DNA of 64,000 nucleotides, taken from an uncultured delta proteobacterium (lineage in GTDB: Bacteria > Desulfobacterota > Binatia > UBA9968). Shown here one piece after another: positions 44,873-54,280 of the stretch (position 1 is the stretch's first letter; the number at the start of each line of letters is the position of its first letter). The notes under the pieces were generated by a model. It did not search any database. It had not been told where the DNA came from and saw only the letters and a program-made list of their open reading frames with translations. The DNA is taken from assembly GCA_963804165.1 (NCBI GenBank), contig CAWDPO010000038.1, positions 22,079 to 86,078 of the forward strand, given 5' to 3'. The position numbers and the translations under genes are program-made.

Positions 44873-45946
44873 ATGTCAGGAAAACATGGCCATAAGCCGT
44901 TCGAAGGCCACATGCATGATTATGAAGCTCACATCAAGGCCGTCGAAGAAGATTTAGAATACTACCGGGCGAAACGATTCGAGCCGCGCATTTTCTACTT
45001 ACTACGGCGCAATGTAGTGAAGTTCTCCGATCTTCTTAAGGCCCGAGTCGCACTCAAACGCAAAAATCAATTCTTCAAGCCGCGAAAACCGGAGGGGAAA
45101 AATATCGAAGCGCGCGTGCGCTACTTGGAAGAATGGCTCGATGAATACGTCAAAGGCATCGCGCTGGTCTCGGCGCGGGCCGTCGAAGCCATGGACATGG
45201 TGACCGAAGACAACCGTAAAGAGCGCGGCGACTACGATGATTTTTTCAAAATCAAAAAAAAGGAACACCATGGCACTCTGCAAGAGCGTATGGCGAACCT
45301 GGAGCAGGATTTAAGAGACTATCAGGAAATGCTCGAGGTGTTCGTCCAGGCGCTGATCAAGCGCGGCTGGTCGACGCGCGAAGAATTGGAGCAGTGCTGG
45401 AAACAGCTTCACGAGGAGCGTCCCTGGGCCGGCGGCGTGATTGTCGCCAAGGCGTGGACCGATCCGGAGTTTAAGGACGCCTTGCTGACGACAGGCAGAG
45501 AAGCGCTTAGAGAAATGGGCGTGCACCAGGGGAAAGTCGGCAAGTTAGTCGTCGTGGAGAATACCGACAAGGTTCACAACTTGATCGTTTGCACGTTGTG
45601 TTCCTGTTATCCGTACGACATCCTCGGCGACACGCCGTGGTGGTACAAACACGAGAGCTACCGGACCAATATAGTGCAAAATCCGCGCGCCTGCGCCAAA
45701 GAAATGTTTCAGTTGGAGCTCCCCGTCGACAAAGAAGTCCAGGTCTGGGACAGCACGTCCGACGTGCGCTATTTTGTTTTGCCCCAGCGCCCCGCAGGCA
45801 CAGAGGGAATGTCGGAAGAAGACTTAGCGAAGCTCGTCACCGTCGATAGTTTGTTAGGGGCAGGCTACGCGATGGAGCCTGCGCAGCAGCGGGAAGCCGA
45901 GAAATCAGGCGCGACGGCAGAAGCGCCGAGAGTCCGGCCGGATTGA
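44873..45946 (+). CDS. Nitrile hydratase alpha / thiocyanate hydrolase gamma-like subunit with long N-terminal extension
   Basis: GGAGGA RBS; IVAKAWTDPEFK, VCTLCSCYP (Co-type motif), VWDSTSDVRYFVLPQRP. Confidence 0.88.
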   Translation: MSGKHGHKPFEGHMHDYEAHIKAVEEDLEYYRAKRFEPRIFYLLRRNVVKFSDLLKARVALKRKNQFFKPRKPEGKNIEARVRYLEEWLDEYVKGIALVSARAVEAMDMVTEDNRKERGDYDDFFKIKKKEHHGTLQERMANLEQDLRDYQEMLEVFVQALIKRGWSTREELEQCWKQLHEERPWAGGVIVAKAWTDPEFKDALLTTGREALREMGVHQGKVGKLVVVENTDKVHNLIVCTLCSCYPYDILGDTPWWYKHESYRTNIVQNPRACAKEMFQLELPVDKEVQVWDSTSDVRYFVLPQRPAGTEGMSEEDLAKLVTVDSLLGAGYAMEPAQQREAEKSGATAEAPRVRPD

Positions 45947-45954
45947 AATGAGCT

Positions 45955-46236
45955 ATGGAATCCACTAACGGCAAATATAAAATCGGCGACGCCGTCATGG
46001 TCGCCGTCGAAAATCCCAAAGGCAACCCGCGCACGCCGCGGTATATTAGAGGCAAACGCGGCGTGATCGGCTTGGTCCACGGTGTCCTGGAAAACATCCG
46101 AGACCACCGCGGCATTCACAACCCGCTCTACACCGTCAGGTTTGACCTAAGCGAGGTGTCGACCTGCCACGATCGGGATTCGATCTGGGTGGATGTGCAC
46201 GAAGAGTGGTTGAGCGCGGTGCGGCCGGATAGCTGA
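45955..46236 (+). CDS. Nitrile hydratase beta C-terminal (SH3-like) / ScnA-like small subunit
   Basis: YKIGD.V, RTPRYIRGKRG.I, LYTVRF, VDVHEEWL. Confidence 0.82.
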   Translation: MESTNGKYKIGDAVMVAVENPKGNPRTPRYIRGKRGVIGLVHGVLENIRDHRGIHNPLYTVRFDLSEVSTCHDRDSIWVDVHEEWLSAVRPDS

Positions 46237-46262
46237 TGGAGCCCGCCGATTTCTACCTTCAT

Positions 46263-47438
46263 TTAGTTCCATATTTCTGTTGCCGTTTTAACGATTGTAT
46301 CCAGCTTTTTCCACATCTGGTCTTCGCTCAGGACTTTGGAATCGATACCGCCGAAACCGCATTGGGGGCTGAGAGCGAGTTGTTCTAGTGGCAAAAATTT
46401 AGTTGCCTGATCGATTCGGCGTTCCAAACCCTCGACAGTTTCCATCTCGGAGTTTTTGGTGGAGACCAAACCCAACACGACGATTTTGTCTTTCGGGGCG
46501 AGGCGCAGCGGCTCGAAGGTGCCAGCTCGCTCGCTGTCGTATTCGAGCAGCAAGCGCTGGTGCTTTAGGGAGTTAAACAATTTTTCGGCGATGGCGTCAT
46601 AGGAGCCTTCACGGTGCCATTGTGGCACGAGTTTCCCGGTTTTCGGGTCGATGGTGCGGGCGTTGCCGCGGCAGACGTGGATGCCGAAGGTCACGCCGGG
46701 AAAGCCTTCGATCAGCGCGTTGTCGGCGTCGATGGAGCGTTGGAAATTCCGCTTCGGATCTTCGCCGCGTGAGCGCATTCTGTCCAATGAAACCTTGTCA
46801 ACGTAGGCGGTGTAACCGGGTGCGTCGATTTGGATGTATTTGCAGCCGGCCTGGACCAATTCGGCGATGATCTGGCGTTCGATTTGGACGATATGCTCGA
46901 CGAAATCGTCGAGACCTTTATAAATATTCAACGACGCTTCCCATTTGAAACGCTGAGCGATTCGATCCGGGCCGAGCACGGTGATTTTGGCGGGAACTTT
47001 GGCGACGCTTTGAGCGTAACGGTATTCCTCCAACGGCAAGTTGCGTGTGAGCTTTAGTCTCTCAACAGCACCGCGCCGGGTGACGATTGCGGGACCCGCT
47101 TCTTCAAAGTTCTGTTCGGCGCGTTCGAGTGGAGTCTCGTTGAGATCGCGCTTCTCGTAGTAGAGTGAAATATTCTGGGGTACGTCGAAGCCCGTGACGC
47201 ACTCGGAAAAGCTTTCTTGGAAGCTGTGGCGGCGAAACTCGCCGTCGGTGACGATGGGAAAGCCGTGAGCTTCCTGTTTTTGGATCACGTCGCGGATGGC
47301 GTCGTCTTGGGCTTTCGCTAGTTCGTCGCGCGACGCTTGACCGCGGTCATGGTGCGCGAAGACGTCTTTTAACTTTGCCGGGCGAACCAGGCTGCCGATG
47401 TGGTCGATGCGAATTTTATTGAGGCCATTGTCTGCCAT
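46263..47438 (-). CDS. Cobalamin-independent methionine synthase II family (catalytic domain only)
   Basis: HIGSLVRP, TDGEFRR, HVCRGN, LEYD, LSPQCGF. Confidence 0.88.
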   Translation of the reverse strand: MADNGLNKIRIDHIGSLVRPAKLKDVFAHHDRGQASRDELAKAQDDAIRDVIQKQEAHGFPIVTDGEFRRHSFQESFSECVTGFDVPQNISLYYEKRDLNETPLERAEQNFEEAGPAIVTRRGAVERLKLTRNLPLEEYRYAQSVAKVPAKITVLGPDRIAQRFKWEASLNIYKGLDDFVEHIVQIERQIIAELVQAGCKYIQIDAPGYTAYVDKVSLDRMRSRGEDPKRNFQRSIDADNALIEGFPGVTFGIHVCRGNARTIDPKTGKLVPQWHREGSYDAIAEKLFNSLKHQRLLLEYDSERAGTFEPLRLAPKDKIVVLGLVSTKNSEMETVEGLERRIDQATKFLPLEQLALSPQCGFGGIDSKVLSEDQMWKKLDTIVKTATEIWN

Positions 47439-47482
47439 AGTGTCCTCCAGGATTTCTCGGTTGCACTGCTGATTCTACGGCT

Positions 47483-47506
47483 GGGGCGACCCGCCGCTTG
47501 CCCTAC
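47483..47506 (-). repeat. Degenerate GTAG-type REP
   Basis: Reverse complement GTAGGGCAAGCGGCGGGTCGCCCC. Confidence 0.45.
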
Positions 47507-47558
47507 AATTTATCGCGCGAATAGGCCGAAGGTCCGACGATTTGATTTAGCACTAAGC

Positions 47559-48716
47559 TTACATGAAATGCACGAAGATCGAGTTAGCGAGCATGAGGCC
47601 CTTAGGCGTGAAGCGAAGAGAGCCCGCCTTTTCTTCCAATAACTCTCCTTCGATCCATGATTCGATCTGCGGGTAGAAATCCATCGGCGATTTGCCGAAG
47701 CGTTGGCGGAAGGTTTCCGTCGATATGCCCTCGATCATTCGTAGGCCGAGGAACATAAACTCTCCAGCGGCTTTCTCACGATCGATCTCTTCACGGTCGA
47801 CGACTCCTTGACGGATTTGGTTAACTTGTTGCATGTATTTGGCCGGATTTTTTTCGTTACTCCAGCGCTGACCGGTTATGCCATCTGGTTTTCTGTGGTA
47901 GTTATGTGCGCCGGCGCCGATACCGAGATAGTCGCCACTGTGCCAGTAGTTCACATTGTGACGCGAGTGCCAGCCGGGCCGGGCATAATTGGAAATTTCA
48001 TAGCGATTCAGTCCGGCGCCGCCCAGCGTCGATTCGATCAGCTCCGCCATAGCGATCTCTTCTTCTTCGCTGAGAGATTTCAGTTTTCCGGCGCGGTACT
48101 CTTGATGGAAAGGTGTGCCCTCTTCGAAGGTCAGATTGTAAGCCGACAGATGCGGCGGATGAAATTTCATTGCTTCATTTAGGTCCGCTTCGAGATCCGC
48201 CAGGGTTTGCTCGGGATTGGCATAGATCAGGTCAAAACTGAAATTGTCGAATCCCGCTCGGCGCACGATTTCCAGAGCTTTGCGCGCTTCGTCGGCGCTG
48301 TGAATACGCCCGAGGAACTTAAGCAGCCTGGGCTGAAATGACTGCACACCGACGCTGATGCGATTGATCCCGGCGTCACGGTAGCCGAAGAATTTGTCGC
48401 TGTCGACGGTTCCGGGATTTGCCTCGAGGGTGATTTCGCAGTCGGCATTGATCGCAAAAGTGGCGGCAACCCAAGCGAGCAGCTTGCCGATACTCTGCGG
48501 TGCAAACGTAGAAGGCGTGCCGCCGCCGAAGAAGATACTCTGCACAGTGCGTCCCCGCCAATCGTCCGAGTCGCCGTAGTACTCCAGCTCCCGCAGTAAA
48601 GCGTCGGTGTAGCTCTGTTCCGGGATTTGCGCGACCACGTGGGAATTAAAGTCGCAGTATGGGCACTTGCTGACGCAGTAGGGGATATGGATGTATAGTG
48701 AGAAGGGCGGTAGCAT
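47559..48716 (-). CDS. hemW: Radical SAM heme chaperone HemW (HemN-like)
   Basis: LYIHIPYC..KCPYCDF, FGGGTPS, YEISNYA, HNVNYW. Confidence 0.9.
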   Translation of the reverse strand: MLPPFSLYIHIPYCVSKCPYCDFNSHVVAQIPEQSYTDALLRELEYYGDSDDWRGRTVQSIFFGGGTPSTFAPQSIGKLLAWVAATFAINADCEITLEANPGTVDSDKFFGYRDAGINRISVGVQSFQPRLLKFLGRIHSADEARKALEIVRRAGFDNFSFDLIYANPEQTLADLEADLNEAMKFHPPHLSAYNLTFEEGTPFHQEYRAGKLKSLSEEEEIAMAELIESTLGGAGLNRYEISNYARPGWHSRHNVNYWHSGDYLGIGAGAHNYHRKPDGITGQRWSNEKNPAKYMQQVNQIRQGVVDREEIDREKAAGEFMFLGLRMIEGISTETFRQRFGKSPMDFYPQIESWIEGELLEEKAGSLRFTPKGLMLANSIFVHFM

Positions 48717-48870
48717 TTTATCAGCATCATAGTCGGCTAAACCGGCGCGGGCAACTCGCGCTCACGACGTACGGAAACAGTCGGTTTATGAATACGATGG
48801 GTTCTGCCGACCTTTGAATTACGGCTCTGTGTTGCTATGATTCGATCTGAGATTTTTCAGGAGACGAGCG

Positions 48871-49377
48871 ATGGCCGTTCACGAGCACAAAGAGCGAGGC
48901 AAAAAAAGCATTCGCTGCTTCGTCATCACCGTCAGCGACACTCGGGATGAAATGACGGATACCAGCGGGCAGACGATCAAGAAATTCCTGGCCGACGAGG
49001 GGCACGAGACGCAAGGCTACCGGATCGTCAAAGACGAGCCGGTGGATATCGAAGCCTTGCTCAATGAAGCGTTGGGGCGGAGTGACGTTGACGCCGTGAT
49101 CGTCAATGGCGGCACCGGGATCGCGCCGCGCGACGGCACCTATGAGGTGGTGGACCGGTTCCTGGAGAAAAAGCTCGACGGCTTCGGTGAAATATTTCGC
49201 TATCTCAGTTACCTCGACATCGGTTCGGCGGCGGTCATGAGCCGCGCCGCGGCGGGCACCGCGCGCGGCAAAGTGCTGATCTCCGTGCCGGGCTCGAGTG
49301 GCGCTGTGACGCTCGCCATGGAGAAACTCATCTTGCCTGAGATTCGCCACATGGTTTCGCAGCTGCAGGGAAAATGA
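48871..49377 (+). CDS. moaB: Molybdenum cofactor biosynthesis protein B (MoaB/MogA)
   Basis: ITVSDTR, DTSG, GGTGIAPRD, MSRA, PGS. Confidence 0.88.
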   Translation: MAVHEHKERGKKSIRCFVITVSDTRDEMTDTSGQTIKKFLADEGHETQGYRIVKDEPVDIEALLNEALGRSDVDAVIVNGGTGIAPRDGTYEVVDRFLEKKLDGFGEIFRYLSYLDIGSAAVMSRAAAGTARGKVLISVPGSSGAVTLAMEKLILPEIRHMVSQLQGK

Positions 49378-49619
49378 AAGTTCGAGTAAAATTTTTTGCA
49401 ATCTTGCGCGAGCGCGCGGGCGTCGCGGACGTGTCGAAGGAAGTCGCGGAGGGCAGCACGGTTGCCGACCTTTGGCGCCAGCTGCAAAAAGATTATCCCA
49501 AGCTCGACGTGGCGGGAATTCGTCTTTTATACGCGGTCAATCAGAATTATGTCGGCCTGGAGCATCGATTGTCCGACCGTGACGAAGTGGTTTTTATTCC
49601 GCCGGTGAGTGGAGGTTGA
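49374..49619 (+). CDS. moaD: Molybdopterin synthase sulfur carrier
   Basis: FFAILRE...PPVSGG C-terminus. Confidence 0.92.
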   Translation: MKVRVKFFAILRERAGVADVSKEVAEGSTVADLWRQLQKDYPKLDVAGIRLLYAVNQNYVGLEHRLSDRDEVVFIPPVSGG

Positions 49620-49625
49620 GCGGCA

Positions 49626-50060
49626 ATGTTTCGTGTCACGAATCGACCGATTGATTTAAACGAGCTCGTCCAATACGTCACCGACCCCGAGGCCGGCGCC
49701 ATCGTTCCCTTCATCGGCACGACGCGCAATAACAACGAAGGCCGCAAGGTTATCGCCCTCGATTACGAAGCCTACCCGGAGATGGCGGAAAAGGAGTTGG
49801 CGCGCATCGGCGACGACGCCAAGAAAAAATGGCCGATCTGCAAAATGGTCATCGTGCACCGTCTCGGCCCCGTGCAGATCGGTGAGGCGAGCGTGATGAT
49901 CGTCGTGTCGTCGGCGCACCGCGACGCGGCGTTCGCCGCCAGCCGTTTTGCCATCGAAGAAATTAAGAAGACCGTGCCGATCTGGAAAAAAGAAGTTTTC
50001 GAGGGCGGCGAAGTATGGATCGGTACTCAGACGGGCCAGCCGCTGAGCGCGTTGAAATAA
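49626..50060 (+). CDS. moaE: Molybdopterin synthase catalytic subunit
   Basis: LDYEAYPEMA, HRLG, SAHR, PIWKKE. Confidence 0.94.
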   Translation: MFRVTNRPIDLNELVQYVTDPEAGAIVPFIGTTRNNNEGRKVIALDYEAYPEMAEKELARIGDDAKKKWPICKMVIVHRLGPVQIGEASVMIVVSSAHRDAAFAASRFAIEEIKKTVPIWKKEVFEGGEVWIGTQTGQPLSALK

Positions 50061-50174
50061 CCAGTCGGATTGAACCCGCTCGGCAAACCTTCAATCTCAT
50101 ACCCGGACGCTAAAGCGGCAATCAGATTATCGATGAAGCTTCGGTGTGCGCCGGCATACATCGGACGCAAGCTG

Positions 50175-51617
50175 CTATTGCACGATTCCCGTGACAGTTA
50201 CCAAATAGGCGACGGCGAGCAAGAGATAAGCGAGGCAAGAGACACAGAGAAAAATGAGATTCAGCCGTCCGGGCCGTGCCGGAGCCGGCAGATGGCGCGG
50301 CAGATAGACATGGTTGAGAAAAATCAGCGCGACGGAAAACAGCACGGTGCCGACAAAGCCGATGACCGCGGAGATCAAAATCAGCGGGCCGGGTTCAGCG
50401 GCGCCCATGGTGGCTGAGGTGATGCCGGTGAGTAAAAAGAGAAAAATTAAGTACCACGTGCGCACGGAGATCGATTGGGTTTTGGGGAAAAAAGCGAATA
50501 GACAATCCGTATGAATCCGGCTCACGGCATCCACAGTGGCGAGCCAGGTGTCGGAGAGAAACGCCGCGGCGACGATGAGAAACAAAAATCGCCCGAGGAC
50601 GCCCCAACTGACTTCAAAAAATCGGCTCTGGACGACGGCGAGCTCGTATCCCTGAGGCAGAAGTCCCTTGGGGAACAGCAGAGCATAAGCCAACAAACAC
50701 GTCATCAGAGTGGTCAATAAATTACCGCCGATACCGATACTCACGTCCCAAAAGAGATACCGCCGCCACCGCCCCACATGAGCAAGACCCTCGTCATCGC
50801 CGGGCGTGAAACCTGACGTAGGAATTGTCTCGGCTTTGCCGGTAATCGGCCCGGTGAGCCGGCCCATGTAATACGCCATGCCGACGCCTTTGTCGCGCAC
50901 CCAGTAGGAATAAAAAAGCGTCCAGAAGCCGCCCAGCCCAGCGAAAGTAATCGCCGTTAATAATTTGGTCGCGTCGCCGGAGTCCCACGGCCGGGGCATC
51001 GATAAATCCGGCACGAAAAGCCCTTTCACAAACGCCGGCAAGACATGAATTGTTTCGACATTGGCGCTGGCCCAGAGCAGTCCGGCAAGCGTGAGCAGCG
51101 CCACGCAGCACATAAATACTTCGACAAGCTGGTAGATTACTTTGCTCAGCAGAATGGCGGCGAGGAATACCGACATCGAAGCGTAACCCCAAAAAAGGGA
51201 TTGACCACGCGCGGACCAGCCCGCAGGAAAATCCGTAAGAGCCGCGAGCGAGGTGCCGCCCGCAGCGGCGAATGCGCCGAACCACAGAAAAGACAACGTC
51301 ATTAAAATCCACAGAAAAAAAGCAAAGTGGCGCTGCAGACGGATAAAGCCCTGAAAGACGCTCTCGCCCGTGAGCACGGTGTAGCGGCCGATCTCGTAAG
51401 TGACGGGAAACTGCAGCAAGCAAGCCGGCAGCAAGAGGAACAGAAAACTCAGGCCGTATTTGGCGATAATGTACGGCCACCAGATGAGCTCGCCACTGCC
51501 CTGAGCGAGCGCCATGAAAATAACGCCTGGACCCAGGGCTTTCAGCATGCTTGGCAGCGGCGGGAGTGGCGCTTTTTTGTACGGCGCCAAAACGCCCCAG
51601 GGCGACTGATCGGCCAT
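50175..51617 (-). CDS. Nramp/APC-superfamily secondary transporter
   Basis: LGPG....ALAQGSGELI.WP, RYTVLTGE; many TM segments. Confidence 0.8.
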   Translation of the reverse strand: MADQSPWGVLAPYKKAPLPPLPSMLKALGPGVIFMALAQGSGELIWWPYIIAKYGLSFLFLLLPACLLQFPVTYEIGRYTVLTGESVFQGFIRLQRHFAFFLWILMTLSFLWFGAFAAAGGTSLAALTDFPAGWSARGQSLFWGYASMSVFLAAILLSKVIYQLVEVFMCCVALLTLAGLLWASANVETIHVLPAFVKGLFVPDLSMPRPWDSGDATKLLTAITFAGLGGFWTLFYSYWVRDKGVGMAYYMGRLTGPITGKAETIPTSGFTPGDDEGLAHVGRWRRYLFWDVSIGIGGNLLTTLMTCLLAYALLFPKGLLPQGYELAVVQSRFFEVSWGVLGRFLFLIVAAAFLSDTWLATVDAVSRIHTDCLFAFFPKTQSISVRTWYLIFLFLLTGITSATMGAAEPGPLILISAVIGFVGTVLFSVALIFLNHVYLPRHLPAPARPGRLNLIFLCVSCLAYLLLAVAYLVTVTGIVQ

Positions 51618-51625
51618 TAATTTTT

Positions 51626-52354
51626 TCAGTCGATGCGCTGAACCGCGTCTCTGGGAAGGGAGGCAACGAAGGCCTGCAGCGCGTCGTCGAGGTACTTCGA
51701 ATCTTTCGATTCCAAGGTGACCTTGACCTTGTAGTCCGGCAGGTCGAGAACGGGATAGGAGCCCAGCATTAGCTCGGGAAATTTTACCAGCAGATCGTTG
51801 AGTATGGCCGCAATGACGCCTTCGCCGTATCTGACATAAACGTTCTTTAGGTGGTAAGGCGTATCGCGAAAGATTTCTTTGATCTCGTGGAAGCGCTCCT
51901 CGAGAATCCTCGGGATGCCGGGAAATATGTAAACGTTGTGAATTTTCACGATCGCCGCGAACGGCGCCTCGGCCGCTAAGAGCGTGGCGCCCGCAGGCAC
52001 GTTGGCCATGCGGAGCCGTGCGTCGTTGACTTGATCGCCGAACCGCTGGCGCATGCGCCGTTCGATGTCGGGGTGACGAACGACGTTGAGACCGAAACCA
52101 TGGGCGATGCCTTCGATAGTGACGTCGTCGTGGGTCGGTCCGACGCCGCCGCTGGTAAATACATAATCAAACCGTTTGGAAAACTCCGCGACCTCGCGGC
52201 CGATGATATCGATGTCATCTTGGATCGTCGAGATTTTTTGCACTTCGACGCCGAGTTGGCGTAGCTCGGCGCAGAAAAAGTAGGAATTGCTGTCGCGCGT
52301 CTTGCCCGACAAGACTTCGTTGCCAATGATGACGATGCCGGCGCTTTTCGACAT
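51626..52354 (-). CDS. CinA-like molybdopterin-binding-domain protein
   Basis: IGNEVLSG...D.N, SGGVGPTHDDVT, PGIP. Confidence 0.88.
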   Translation of the reverse strand: MSKSAGIVIIGNEVLSGKTRDSNSYFFCAELRQLGVEVQKISTIQDDIDIIGREVAEFSKRFDYVFTSGGVGPTHDDVTIEGIAHGFGLNVVRHPDIERRMRQRFGDQVNDARLRMANVPAGATLLAAEAPFAAIVKIHNVYIFPGIPRILEERFHEIKEIFRDTPYHLKNVYVRYGEGVIAAILNDLLVKFPELMLGSYPVLDLPDYKVKVTLESKDSKYLDDALQAFVASLPRDAVQRID

Positions 52355-52879
52355 GTTGTTTCCCTTACCGGACTGGAAGCGAATTGGCTACAGTGTCACG
52401 CTCCAAGATCAGTTACAGGTCGAACTCGCTGCAACTCATAAAAAAGTTACAATTTGGATTTGAGCAAACATACTTGCACTTCTGGTTTGACAATTTCGAG
52501 CTGCAAATTGGACAGTAGTCCCACCAGTTTTCCGGAGATTCGTCCTGCGAGGGTGCTGGATTCGATTGATTGGCGATTTTTTCTTGCATCAAATTGCTCC
52601 GATGGGCGCAGAATAACTTACCTCGTCAAAAGTTTAAATAGTCTGGCTCATCCAACCTGGAGCCACACTCACCGGAAAAGCGGCCAGGCATTGCGCGTCA
52701 GCGTAATCTACAAGATCTCGTGGCGGCGTGGCAATCCCTGGGATCGAAGCCGCGCCAACGTATTCGGCTGTCACGCGGTTTGGCAAAACAGACGCAAATT
52801 TCCTACAGTGGTTGTCTAAAAGCTTCTCGTTGATTGATTTCATGGTTGCATTATAATCCTATTCTTCGCGCATCATGAA

Positions 52880-54280
52880 GTGACAATGAAACAACTGGGA
52901 GTCATTATTTTGGCCGCGGGACAGGGCACTCGGATGAAGTCCGAGCTCCCGAAGGTGCTCCATCCGCTCGGCGGAAAGCCCCTATTTCTTCACGCCTTAG
53001 GGACGGCCTGTCGACTTGAACCAAAGCTCATGACGGTCGTTATCGGGCACGGTGCAGACGCAGTTCGACTGGCTTACCCAGAGAAAGGCGTCCGCTGGGT
53101 GATACAAGAAAAGCAGCTTGGCACGGGCCATGCTGTGTTGTGCGCCAAGGAAGCGTTTGCCGGCTTTGACGGTGACGTCATGATCTTGAGCGGTGACGTC
53201 CCGCTGATTCAAGAAGAAACCCTGCGGACAATGGTCGAGCACCATCGTGATCGGAGCGCTGCAGCGACGCTGCTCACGGCCCAATTAGCAGAACCGAAGG
53301 GCTACGGACGAATCCTGCGGGATGCTTCCGGAGCGCTGACCGGCATCGTCGAAGAAAAAGATGCGACCGAAGCCCAGCGAAAACTTGGCGAAGTCAATGC
53401 CGGCATTTACGTTGCTTCGGTGTCGTTTCTGTTTGCTGCGCTCAGCGGCATTAAGAATGACAATCAGCAGGGTGAATATTACTTGCCGGATATCGTTGCG
53501 CTCGGTATCGCACAAGGCATGAGTATCGAGACGGTGAGAGTCGACGACGCCCGCGAGATGATGGGGATCAACAGCCGAGAGGAGCTCGCTTTTATGGAAA
53601 AGAACCTGCGCCAGAACATCAACAAAAAATGGATGTCGGCCGGTGTGACGCTCAAAGATCCGGATACCACTTATATCGAAGAAGGCGTGACCATCGGTAA
53701 GGACACCGTGATCGGCCCTAACACGCAGCTGTGCGGCCAGACTAAGATCGGCGAACGCTGTTGTATCGACGGCAGTGCTTTTCTTACGGACGCCGAGATT
53801 GGCGACGAAGTGCATGTGCGCTTCTCGGTCGTGCTTACCCAGTGCCGCGTTGAGCAGGGCGCGATCATCGGGCCGTTTGCGCATTTGCGGCCGGGGACGA
53901 GTCTCGGTCCCAACGTCCATATCGGCAATTTCGTCGAAACCAAGGAAGCCAAGGTCGGCGCGGGCACGAAAGCGAATCACCTGACCTATCTCGGTGACGT
54001 CACCATCGGCCGCGACACCAATATTGGCGCGGGCACGATCACATGTAATTACGATGGCTTCCAAAAATATAAAACGACGATCGGCGATCGCGTTCAGGTG
54101 GGCAGCGATACGACGCTGGTGGCGCCGATCGCCTTGGGCGACGATGTCTACGTGGCCACGGCAAGCACGGTTCGTCATGACATTCCGGCCGGCGCGCTGG
54201 TGTACAACCAGCGCGAAGAGCGGCTGCGTGAAGGCTGGACAGAACAGAAGCGCAAGAAAATGAAAGAGAACAAAAAATAA
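52880..54280 (+). CDS. glmU: Bifunctional UDP-GlcNAc pyrophosphorylase / GlcN-1-P acetyltransferase
   Basis: [37 protein letters not shown]. Confidence 0.97.
   Translation: MTMKQLGVIILAAGQGTRMKSELPKVLHPLGGKPLFLHALGTACRLEPKLMTVVIGHGADAVRLAYPEKGVRWVIQEKQLGTGHAVLCAKEAFAGFDGDVMILSGDVPLIQEETLRTMVEHHRDRSAAATLLTAQLAEPKGYGRILRDASGALTGIVEEKDATEAQRKLGEVNAGIYVASVSFLFAALSGIKNDNQQGEYYLPDIVALGIAQGMSIETVRVDDAREMMGINSREELAFMEKNLRQNINKKWMSAGVTLKDPDTTYIEEGVTIGKDTVIGPNTQLCGQTKIGERCCIDGSAFLTDAEIGDEVHVRFSVVLTQCRVEQGAIIGPFAHLRPGTSLGPNVHIGNFVETKEAKVGAGTKANHLTYLGDVTIGRDTNIGAGTITCNYDGFQKYKTTIGDRVQVGSDTTLVAPIALGDDVYVATASTVRHDIPAGALVYNQREERLREGWTEQKRKKMKENKK

Noticed and set aside
44873-45946. Nitrile-hydratase leader peptide (NHLP) RiPP precursor
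   Set aside because: The CxxCSC metal site that NHLP precursors lack is retained; no double-glycine core or modifying enzymes nearby.
52355-52879. glmS ribozyme upstream of glmU-glmS
   Set aside because: I could not recognise the conserved ribozyme core, and glmS is coupled directly to glmU; an Rfam scan would settle it.
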